A stretch of 38,720 bases of DNA from a virus, in the IMG/VR virus record IMGVR_UViG_3300047325_000062, positions 1 to 38,720 of that record; one strand, written 5' to 3'. The notes under the pieces are model-generated. The model saw only the letters and a list, made by a program, of their open reading frames with translations, was not told the origin of the DNA and ran no database searches. The translations under genes were made by a program, and so were the position numbers. Positions 9,711 through 16,987 of the stretch are shown here, in pieces. Numbering within the stretch: position 1 is the stretch's first letter; each line of letters begins with the position of its first letter.

Positions 9711-10301
9711 ATGATCAGCATCGTCGAAGTCTATCGCCGCTGGCCCGACCACGCGGCGTGCATCAAACACCTTGAAGCGGTGCGGTGGGGCGAAAGCCCC
9801 ACCTGCACTTATTGTGCGTCGGAGAAGGTGTCGAAACACCGCGAGGCGCACCGGGACAGGTGGCAGTGCCAGGCGTGCAAAAAGAGCTTTTCCGTTACGG
9901 TCGGCACGATTTTCCACAACACCCATATCGACCTGCAACGCTGGTTTTTGCTGGTCTCTCTGATGCTGAGTGCGAAAAAAGGTCTGTCCTCCATGCAGGC
10001 CGCGCGAGACATCGAAATTCGCCAGCCCACGGTCTGGTCGATGATGCACCGCATTCGGAAAGCGATGACGGACGACGGCGCGCTGCTGACTGGACTGGTC
10101 GAGATGGATGAAACCTACGTCGGCGGTAAACCCAGGAAGGCCAACCGTCACTCTGATGACCCACCGGGCGGTCAAGGCGTTTCGACCAAACTGCCGAAGA
10201 GTGACGGTTGGCCTTCCTGGGTTTACCGCCAACGCGTTCGGCCTCGCGCTTCATCTTGCGGTTACGCCCCAAAGTGTATAACTCCGGTAACGACGGACTA
10301 A
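9711..10301 (+). CDS. IS1595/ISXO2-type transposase N-terminal fragment (zinc ribbon + HTH), with the DDE domain truncated
   Basis: The sequence reads RWPDHAACIKHLEAVRWGESPTCTYCAS...WQCQACKKSFSVTVGTIFHNTHIDLQRWFLLVSLML...LTGLVEMDETYVGGKPRKANRH. This matches the Zn_Tnp_IS1595 N-terminus and the first motif (VE.DETY.GGK) of the ISXO2-like DDE domain. The ORF then runs into the second arm of an inverted repeat and stops. TAATG overlap with terL. Confidence 0.75.
   Translation: MISIVEVYRRWPDHAACIKHLEAVRWGESPTCTYCASEKVSKHREAHRDRWQCQACKKSFSVTVGTIFHNTHIDLQRWFLLVSLMLSAKKGLSSMQAARDIEIRQPTVWSMMHRIRKAMTDDGALLTGLVEMDETYVGGKPRKANRHSDDPPGGQGVSTKLPKSDGWPSWVYRQRVRPRASSCGYAPKCITPVTTD
10122..10230. repeat. 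Perfect 33-bp inverted repeat (10122-10154 / 10198-10230) with a 43-nt spacer
   Basis: GGCGGTAAACCCAGGAAGGCCAACCGTCACTCT and its exact reverse complement. Both strands therefore encode GGKPRKANRHS. Confidence 0.95.
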
Positions 10302-12325
10302 TGCTGATCGACCTCACCGAAACGGACGCACTCTGGCGCGACATCGAGACCCAGCGGCTTCGTCGCGATTTGCTTCGGTGCCTGAAGGACGATCCGATTC
10401 GCGCGCATGCAATCGTCTTTAGTGATGCTCACCAGTTCCCGGATCCGCCTTTCCACGCACAGATGCTGCGGAATTTCCACTCCGACAATCCGCGTGAGGT
10501 AATAGAAGCCTTTCGAGGCGGCGCGAAATCCACCCGCGCTGAAGAAGCCATTGCAATACGCATGGCGGCAGGACTTTTCAAATATGGTCTTCTATTATGC
10601 AATACTTACAGCAAGGCGGTTCAAAGACTTTCGTCTATCCGCTCTATTATTGACAACAACCCCGTCATCAACCGTCTGTTCGGCGATCTGCACGGCGACG
10701 TGTGGAACGAAAGCCGCATCCGGCTGACGAACGGCGTCACACTGGCCGCGCATGGCGCGCGAATGAGCATGCGCGGACTGAAGGAAGGCGACAGCCGGCC
10801 CGACTTCTGCCTGATCGACGATCTTGAGGACGAAGAATGGATCAGCACGCCGGAAGCGATCGAGGCGAACAAGCTCTGGCTTTTCCGCGAGTTGGTTCCG
10901 GCTCTCGCGTCCTTTCGCACGCCTATCCGGATGATCGGGACCCCTCTTGCTGACAACTCTCTGTTGCGGCAACTGGCTCACTCAGACGAGTGGCACGCGG
11001 CGCGCTTTCCGGTGCGGTATCTGGACGCGGAAGGTCAGTTGACTTCTGCGTGGCCGGAAAACGAGCGTTTTACGTTGGAAGCGATTGCCGACATCGAACG
11101 GCGCTATACAGAGCTGGGGGCGCATACTGTCTTCATGCAAGAGTACATGTGCGAAGCGACCTCGCCCGTAGACAAGGTTTTCACTTCGGCGATGCTCCGG
11201 TGCGAGCCGCGCATTCGCACCTGGCAGGCGGTCTACGCGATGATCGACCCGGCCCGAACCACCCGCTCCACCAGCGCCCAGACTGGTCACGCGGTTTGGT
11301 CGTGGGCGCCCGGCGGCCGGCTGGACGTGTGGGAATGCGGCGGCGATTTCCTGCAACCCGACGCCATCGTCAATTTGCTATTCCGCCTCCACGAAACCTA
11401 CCGCCCGGTCGAGATCGGCGTCGAACAGGACGGGCTCGAAGAGTGGATGATGCAGCCGATCCGCCACGAGCAAGCCAAGCGAGGCGTCATCCCGGTCCGC
11501 CCGGTGCGAGCGCCGCGAGGCAAGATTGACTTCATCAAAGGACTGCAACCCTTCCTGGCTGCAGGAACCGCGGTTTTCTGCCTCGAACCCGGCGAAACCG
11601 AAGGCAAATTCCGCAACGCATGGTCGCAATTCCTCTCCTTCCCGCGTGGCGTGATCGACGCACCCAACGCACTGGCTTACGCTACCAGCTTACGGCCCGG
11701 CATCCCGGTCTATGCCGACTTCAGCTTCGAATGCGTGGAGATCGACCCGCAGCCGATGCCCGGTCGGCCGCATGTGGCTTGCTGGAATGCAGACGGCAGC
11801 AGGGTGACTCTGTTGCTTTGCCAGGAATACGCGGGCGTGCAACGGATCATGGCGGAATGGATCGATGAGGGACAACCCGCCGATGTGGTCCCGGACCTTG
11901 CGCGAGCTGCGGCTTTGGTGGCGGCCGGGCCCCTCATCCACTGCCTGGGGCCTCAGCACTTCGAACGGTACACCAATGTCGGGCTGCACCAGGCACTGCT
12001 TCGGGCGCGATGCGAGCCACGGCCTGGGGCTGATACGCTTAAGGGCCGGGTGGAAGTGCGGGCTATGCTCAAGCGCAGGTCGCGAGGCCTGCCGGGGTTG
12101 ACCGTGTCGCAAACCTGTCGATTTGCCCTCAACGCATTTTCGGCCGGCTTTGCGTTCCCAGTACAATATAACAACGTGGCCAAGGAGCCCGGCCCTGGGC
12201 TATATCGGACCCTGATCGAAGGGCTAGAGAACTTCGTGGGGTCTGCGGTGCTGCCCGATCGCGACGAAGAGGGGTTGTTCCGCGAAACGGCCGATGGGCG
12301 GCGGTATCGGAGTGCAATGCGATGA
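10301..12325 (+). CDS. terL: Terminase large subunit (674 aa from ATG 10301)
   Basis: P-loop-like FRGGAKST. Walker-B-like PDFCLIDDLEDEE. A C-terminal RNaseH-like nuclease begins at YAMIDPARTT. It sits immediately upstream of the portal gene. The track ORF starts at 10208, but that extension is the repeat arm. Confidence 0.85.
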   Translation: MLIDLTETDALWRDIETQRLRRDLLRCLKDDPIRAHAIVFSDAHQFPDPPFHAQMLRNFHSDNPREVIEAFRGGAKSTRAEEAIAIRMAAGLFKYGLLLCNTYSKAVQRLSSIRSIIDNNPVINRLFGDLHGDVWNESRIRLTNGVTLAAHGARMSMRGLKEGDSRPDFCLIDDLEDEEWISTPEAIEANKLWLFRELVPALASFRTPIRMIGTPLADNSLLRQLAHSDEWHAARFPVRYLDAEGQLTSAWPENERFTLEAIADIERRYTELGAHTVFMQEYMCEATSPVDKVFTSAMLRCEPRIRTWQAVYAMIDPARTTRSTSAQTGHAVWSWAPGGRLDVWECGGDFLQPDAIVNLLFRLHETYRPVEIGVEQDGLEEWMMQPIRHEQAKRGVIPVRPVRAPRGKIDFIKGLQPFLAAGTAVFCLEPGETEGKFRNAWSQFLSFPRGVIDAPNALAYATSLRPGIPVYADFSFECVEIDPQPMPGRPHVACWNADGSRVTLLLCQEYAGVQRIMAEWIDEGQPADVVPDLARAAALVAAGPLIHCLGPQHFERYTNVGLHQALLRARCEPRPGADTLKGRVEVRAMLKRRSRGLPGLTVSQTCRFALNAFSAGFAFPVQYNNVAKEPGPGLYRTLIEGLENFVGSAVLPDRDEEGLFRETADGRRYRSAMR

Positions 12326-12525
12326 GCGGACTGTCTGAGGGGGAACAAGTCATTGTCGGCGCCGGCGGCGCAACGTGGGACATGCCCCCAGGGCTGAAGA
12401 TCGCTCGACAGCAAGCGATCGAGGTCACAGAGGCGATCATTTTCCAGGACCGAGAGGATAGCCCTCATTCGCTGGCGCTGACAATCGTGGACTGCCTCAT
12501 TGCGCGATGGCTGATCCGTGGCTAA
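12322..12525 (+). CDS. Hypothetical small protein between terminase and portal (67 aa)
   Basis: ATGA overlap with the terL stop. Its own stop overlaps the portal GTG start. Confidence 0.5.
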   Translation: MSGLSEGEQVIVGAGGATWDMPPGLKIARQQAIEVTEAIIFQDREDSPHSLALTIVDCLIARWLIRG

Positions 12526-14617
12526 GACCGTAACCCGCGCTGAGGAGCTGTCCGGTAAGCCGAAGATCAAGGAAAAACTCCTGAAAATGTATGAGTCCAT
12601 CGACTCTGCATGGCAGGACAATGCTGATCGCATCAATAACATTTGCGATTGGTGGGACATTTGGTTCTGTAAATTGGGACCGAAGCAATTCTACAACGGC
12701 AATTCCCAGGTCTTCGTGCCGATCGTTCGTGATGCCGTTGAAGCCAGATGCACCCGCTTCGTCAATCAAGTGTTTCCGGTGAACGGCCGATACATTGACG
12801 TCGTCACGTCAGACGACGAATTGCCCCAGGCTCAGATGGCCCTGGTGGACCATTATGTAGATCGAGCCAAGCTGCGAACGGAGGTCATACCCTCTCTCTT
12901 TCGCAACGGAGACATTGAGGGCCAATACAACATATACGTGTCGTGGCGGGAGTATGAGCGCCATACCACCGTCAAGACGCTTAAGGGTCCGATGATAGAA
13001 GGCGTCGAAATGGATGCCGACGAAATCGGTCAGGACCCGATTGAGGACGTCGAAGACGAAGTCACCAAAGATTTCGGGCCTCACGTCGAGGTAATTCCCG
13101 ATACCGACGTGATCATGCTACCAGCCATGGCTGCCAGCGCCGATGAAGCGGTAATGCATTACGGGGGCAGCGTGACGATCATGCGTCGCTGGACAAAGCA
13201 GAACATCGATGATGCCTGCAGCCGAGACGACATAACGAAGGACGCCGCGGAAGCGCTCAAGGAGCGCATGGATGGCAAGGGAAATGACCCGAGTCGCAAG
13301 GACGCAGCAAAGATGCATCTCGACAGCGCCGGCGTTAAAAAGGCCGGAAAGTATGTCCTGGTGTACGAGACCTGGACGCGCCTCAAGGTCGGCGATGACA
13401 TGAGGATCGTCAGGGTCTATTTCGGCGGCCCCGATCTGATCCTAGGTTGTAAGCTTAACCCTTATTGGTGCGATCTTCTGCCGATCATCTCGGCCCCCGC
13501 AAAAAAGGTTGCGGCATCGGGGAAGGGAAATTCGATGGTCGGCATCGTCGCCGACATGCAGATTGCCGCCAACGACTACTGGAACCAGGGCGCGGATAGC
13601 GCGACTTACGCCCTCCTACCGATCATCATGACCGACCCGATCAAGAACCCGCGCGTCGGATCCATGGTGCTCGACCTGGCCGCCGTGTGGGAGGTTGACC
13701 CTGGAAGCACGAAATTCGCCGAGTTCCCGCCACTTTACAAAGAGGCAATCGAACTGATCAGCGCGATCAAGGCGCAGATATTCGAAAGCCTAAGCGTGAA
13801 TCCGTCGATGGTCAGTCAGCGTCCGTCCTCGAAAAAGCCGACACAGGCAGAGATTGCCTCAGAGCAGCAGATCGACATGATGACTGTGGCGGACGTTCTG
13901 ACGCCTTTTGAGCACGGCATCCTGACCCCGATGGTGCAGCGTTTCGTCGCATATGACGCGCAGTTCCGCTCTGAGTCGCTTGCGGTGAAGTCTTTCGGCG
14001 AAGACGGGCAGAGGATGAATATGCAGGAAATCCCTCCGCAGCAAATGAACAACCGCATCTGGTATCGCTGGAACGGGGTCGAGCAAGCCCGCACCGCCCA
14101 GCAGATGCAGATGCAGATGGCCGGCCTGAAAGTCTTGTCCGAAGTGCCCCCGCAGATGCTGCACGGCCGGACGATCGACATGGCGCCGATCGTTGAACGC
14201 TTTGTCGAAAGCACTTACGGTCCAAGGCTCGGCCCAAAGGTGTTCAAGCAGCTCGCCGATCTCATGGGCGAGCCCCCCGAGGAGGAGAACCAGCTGCTAG
14301 CGCAGGGCTTTGACCTGCCGGTCCATCCGGTGGACAACGACGCGAAGCACATGGCCATTCACGCGCAGCTGCTTAGACAGGGCGATCCGCGTGGCGTCAT
14401 CCGCCAGCACATTCTCCGCCATCAGCAGCAGATGGCAAACAAGAACGCAGCTGCTGCGCAGGCACAGGCTCAGCAGCAGGGCCAGGCGCCGCAAGGTCGA
14501 GGCCAGGCTGGAGCTATGACCCGGGGGCGTGGCAAGCCCAAGCAGCCGCCGGGCAGCCTTCGGCCTGGGCAGATGCCGACCGCAATGCCTGCGGCCGGGC
14601 AAGGAGGTCTTCAATGA
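12518..14617 (+). CDS. Portal protein (about 699 aa; start uncertain, GTG 12518 or ATG 12587)
   Basis: Supported by size, position after terL, an acidic central region and a Q/A-rich C-terminal tail (QQMQMQMAG...AAAAQAQAQQQGQ) as in long-barrel portals. Confidence 0.75.
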   Translation: MAKTVTRAEELSGKPKIKEKLLKMYESIDSAWQDNADRINNICDWWDIWFCKLGPKQFYNGNSQVFVPIVRDAVEARCTRFVNQVFPVNGRYIDVVTSDDELPQAQMALVDHYVDRAKLRTEVIPSLFRNGDIEGQYNIYVSWREYERHTTVKTLKGPMIEGVEMDADEIGQDPIEDVEDEVTKDFGPHVEVIPDTDVIMLPAMAASADEAVMHYGGSVTIMRRWTKQNIDDACSRDDITKDAAEALKERMDGKGNDPSRKDAAKMHLDSAGVKKAGKYVLVYETWTRLKVGDDMRIVRVYFGGPDLILGCKLNPYWCDLLPIISAPAKKVAASGKGNSMVGIVADMQIAANDYWNQGADSATYALLPIIMTDPIKNPRVGSMVLDLAAVWEVDPGSTKFAEFPPLYKEAIELISAIKAQIFESLSVNPSMVSQRPSSKKPTQAEIASEQQIDMMTVADVLTPFEHGILTPMVQRFVAYDAQFRSESLAVKSFGEDGQRMNMQEIPPQQMNNRIWYRWNGVEQARTAQQMQMQMAGLKVLSEVPPQMLHGRTIDMAPIVERFVESTYGPRLGPKVFKQLADLMGEPPEEENQLLAQGFDLPVHPVDNDAKHMAIHAQLLRQGDPRGVIRQHILRHQQQMANKNAAAAQAQAQQQGQAPQGRGQAGAMTRGRGKPKQPPGSLRPGQMPTAMPAAGQGGLQ

Positions 14618-15297
14618 AAGACGGTCAAACCGGTGACATGATGGACATTCCGCCGCGGCGCGAGCCTTTGCGACTAGCGGCCTTCATGATGCGGCTTTTC
14701 CTCGTCTTGTACGTGGTCGGCATAATCACCGCGATTTTAGTCATGGTGATTTGCTGGGCTTTTCGGCAGCCCGCCAGAGCCGCCACCACGCCGAATTACT
14801 TCTACGAGTACACCGCCGTCGCGTTTACCGAAAACTCGGCCAACGCGGTGGCCACAGTCATGCCGCAGCGATCGGTGCCCTACACACTTCTATCCCTGTG
14901 CTCCGAGGACGGATACCAGTCTGCCTGGGCGAACGCTTTTCCGTTCCTGGCTGCAGGCATGACGGGACAGGTCGCAGGGGTCTGCACGCCGATTCAGACG
15001 ACATACGGCACCGCGAACGCAATCATGGTCATCAGTCTTGTCGGCCCGAACCGGCCGCTCTGGCAGATGGTGATCCCGTGGGCGACGCAAACCCTCTGCC
15101 GCGCGAACATCGACAACGTAACCGACCTGCAGGCATTCCTCGGCACATTTCTGATGGGATCGTTCAACAACTTGATCCCGATGCCGGTCACACTGGCCGG
15201 CAGCAGCATGTCCACTCAAGCGCAGTATCAGGCAACAGACGTGGCTGGCGGCACCGATAACGTGACGGTGGCCTGTCCTCCTGGCGGACCTACCTAG
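14614..15297 (+). CDS. Membrane-anchored hypothetical protein (227 aa)
   Basis: ATGA overlap with the portal stop. One strong N-terminal TM segment (LRLAAFMMRLFLVLYVVGIITAILVMVICWAF) is followed by a Cys-containing extracytoplasmic domain. Confidence 0.6.
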   Translation: MKDGQTGDMMDIPPRREPLRLAAFMMRLFLVLYVVGIITAILVMVICWAFRQPARAATTPNYFYEYTAVAFTENSANAVATVMPQRSVPYTLLSLCSEDGYQSAWANAFPFLAAGMTGQVAGVCTPIQTTYGTANAIMVISLVGPNRPLWQMVIPWATQTLCRANIDNVTDLQAFLGTFLMGSFNNLIPMPVTLAGSSMSTQAQYQATDVAGGTDNVTVACPPGGPT

Positions 15298-16625
15298 TCT
15301 GCTTTGTAGTCCATGCCGACCGCATATCCGTGCGCTTGAAGCTTCGGCAGCTGGATCTGCAAGCGCCGCCCGATATCGCCGCGCCACATCGGCGAGTTGG
15401 GCAAGCTCACGCTTTCGAGACACTGGTAAGCATGCCGCCGGGCTTCCTCGACCGTTTTCCCTAACCCGCTGGCGACCAGCACATAGGTCCCAGCAGTCAC
15501 CGGACACGGCACATCGTCCATCACCATCCCGTCAATCGACTGCGGAGCGGTGCCTTGTGCCATTTCGCAGAAATGCAGGTTGCTCATCCTGCCCGGCTTC
15601 ACCCCATAAACCGGGATCTCGGCCACGTCCGAAAGTGGAAACTTATTGTACGGATAATCGGGGATGCTCATCACCACCCCAGCCGCTACCGAATTCCACA
15701 CGCACTGTCCAATCGGCGCGCCAGCTGCAAGCGCCAGCATCCAGTCCGCGGGGCAGCCTTCATGCGTCGCCTGTTGAATGTTGAACGTGGGCCAGCCAGG
15801 CCGCATCGTCCATTCGAGGGGCCACGGATTGCCTTCGTCATCAATGATGCAATTGACATCAACGTATCCGACATGCCCCGTTTTCACGATGTCGGCTTCA
15901 AATGGTTTCAAGACCTTATCGGCAAGCTTTGATTTGCCGGCGTAGCGAAGGACGGTACCTTGTTCTCCCGTTTGTGGGCCCCTCTCACCGTCCATCAGCT
16001 TCTTAAACTCGAAATTCTCGCACCATCCACCATCGAACCCGTTAGGCCCGATCCAGCCGCCGACCGCCATTTCAACGCCGGAAACCTTTTCCTGCAGAAT
16101 GAACGGTGATTTGAGCTTCCCCAGCTTTTTCCATCGCTGAAGCATATAGACGAGGTCTTCGGGTGACTTAGCGACGTAGGACAGCGCCTTGTCTGCATCT
16201 CCCGACGGCTTTGAGACGAACGGCCGATCCTCTTTCTTCACGTAGGCGATGGCTTTGTCATAGTCGCTGAAGCAGCGGCTTGCGGGAACGGCGATGCCTT
16301 TTTTTCGGAATTGGGCCATTCCAACGTCGCGATCTAGCTCCCATTCCGAGCTTTCGGGGGTTGCACCGAACACGTAGGCGGAGCTGCCCGTGGTGCGGAT
16401 CACATCGCGGACTTCAGACAGGTAGGCGGTATTGTCGGTCAAGAAGATCAGATCGGCCCAGCGCACCCATTCGCGCCAGTTCGCAACCCTGCGAATAAGC
16501 CCGCGGCCGATCAGAGCAAGGCGAGGCTTGTCCGGAATGTAGAGCCGAACATCGTGGCCGGCGCGCTGCGCGCGCATGCACCAGTCCAGACCGTTACCGC
16601 CGGCATCAAGGACAAGTGCCCGCAT
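15294..16625 (-). CDS. PurD-like ATP-grasp enzyme (phosphoribosylamine-glycine ligase family fold, 443 aa)
   Basis: Colinear with E. coli PurD, recalled from memory. N-terminus MRALVLDAGGNG vs MKVLVIGNGGRE. FVSKPSGDADK vs IVIKADGLAAGK. GPQTGEQGT vs GPNTGGMGA. GNPWPLEWTMRPGWP vs GNPKVIEFNCRFGDPE. TAGTYVLVASGLGKTVEEARRHAY vs TNGGRVLCVTALGHTVAEAQKRAY. Confidence 0.8.
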   Translation of the reverse strand: MRALVLDAGGNGLDWCMRAQRAGHDVRLYIPDKPRLALIGRGLIRRVANWREWVRWADLIFLTDNTAYLSEVRDVIRTTGSSAYVFGATPESSEWELDRDVGMAQFRKKGIAVPASRCFSDYDKAIAYVKKEDRPFVSKPSGDADKALSYVAKSPEDLVYMLQRWKKLGKLKSPFILQEKVSGVEMAVGGWIGPNGFDGGWCENFEFKKLMDGERGPQTGEQGTVLRYAGKSKLADKVLKPFEADIVKTGHVGYVDVNCIIDDEGNPWPLEWTMRPGWPTFNIQQATHEGCPADWMLALAAGAPIGQCVWNSVAAGVVMSIPDYPYNKFPLSDVAEIPVYGVKPGRMSNLHFCEMAQGTAPQSIDGMVMDDVPCPVTAGTYVLVASGLGKTVEEARRHAYQCLESVSLPNSPMWRGDIGRRLQIQLPKLQAHGYAVGMDYKAD

Positions 16626-16627
16626 GG

Positions 16628-16834
16628 TCAGCAGAAACGCCGGCCGCGCTCATACTCTTCGCGCTTATCCATCGCCCTGTGCTCAACGACGCCATCGACA
16701 CGCTCAGGACCGCACCAACACTCGGCGCTCGGCTCATGGTCACGCAAATCGTCGATGGGGATGAGTTGCGGTTCTCCACCGTCGAACAAAACCAGCCAGC
16801 CGCTGGCGTGAGCAGTCCCATCACTCGTCTGCAT
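16628..16834 (-). CDS. Hypothetical small protein (68 aa) with an ECWCGP motif
   Basis: Complete ORF 2 nt upstream of the ATP-grasp start. Its start overlaps the stop of the upstream acidic ORF. Confidence 0.55.
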   Translation of the reverse strand: MQTSDGTAHASGWLVLFDGGEPQLIPIDDLRDHEPSAECWCGPERVDGVVEHRAMDKREEYERGRRFC

Positions 16835-16964
16835 CGTCTTCCTCCATTTCCTCGTCCGGTTCGCCCTCTGGATCGCCGCATTCCTCTTCCTGATGTACCG
16901 CGTCGGTTTCGACCGGCGAGTTTACCGACGGGTCGAGATCGTCATCAGGCCCGGATTGTGGCAT
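16821..16964 (-). CDS. Possible very acidic small protein (47 aa, 21 D/E, no K/R)
   Basis: Hand translation gives MPQSGPDDDLDPSVNSPVETDAVHQEEECGDPEGEPDEEMEEDDADE. It is below the length cutoff of the ORF track. AAGGTG lies about 13 nt upstream. It fills the gap between the 789-aa gene and the 68-aa gene. Confidence 0.4.
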   Translation of the reverse strand: MPQSGPDDDLDPSVNSPVETDAVHQEEECGDPEGEPDEEMEEDDADE

Positions 16965-16987
16965 AAAGTACCATGCACCTTTCAGAG

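Noticed and set aside
9182-9721. 179-aa - strand ORF
   Set aside because: It is antisense to the 9260..9613 gene and the intergenic promoter candidate. It has no start context.
10208-10300. N-terminal extension of the terL ORF (track start 10208)
   Set aside because: The extension consists of the second arm of the 33-bp inverted repeat and overlaps the transposase-like ORF. ATG 10301 gives the TAATG coupling.
11953-12660. 235-aa - strand ORF overlapping the terL end and the portal start
   Set aside because: It is antisense to two well-supported genes and their coupled junctions.
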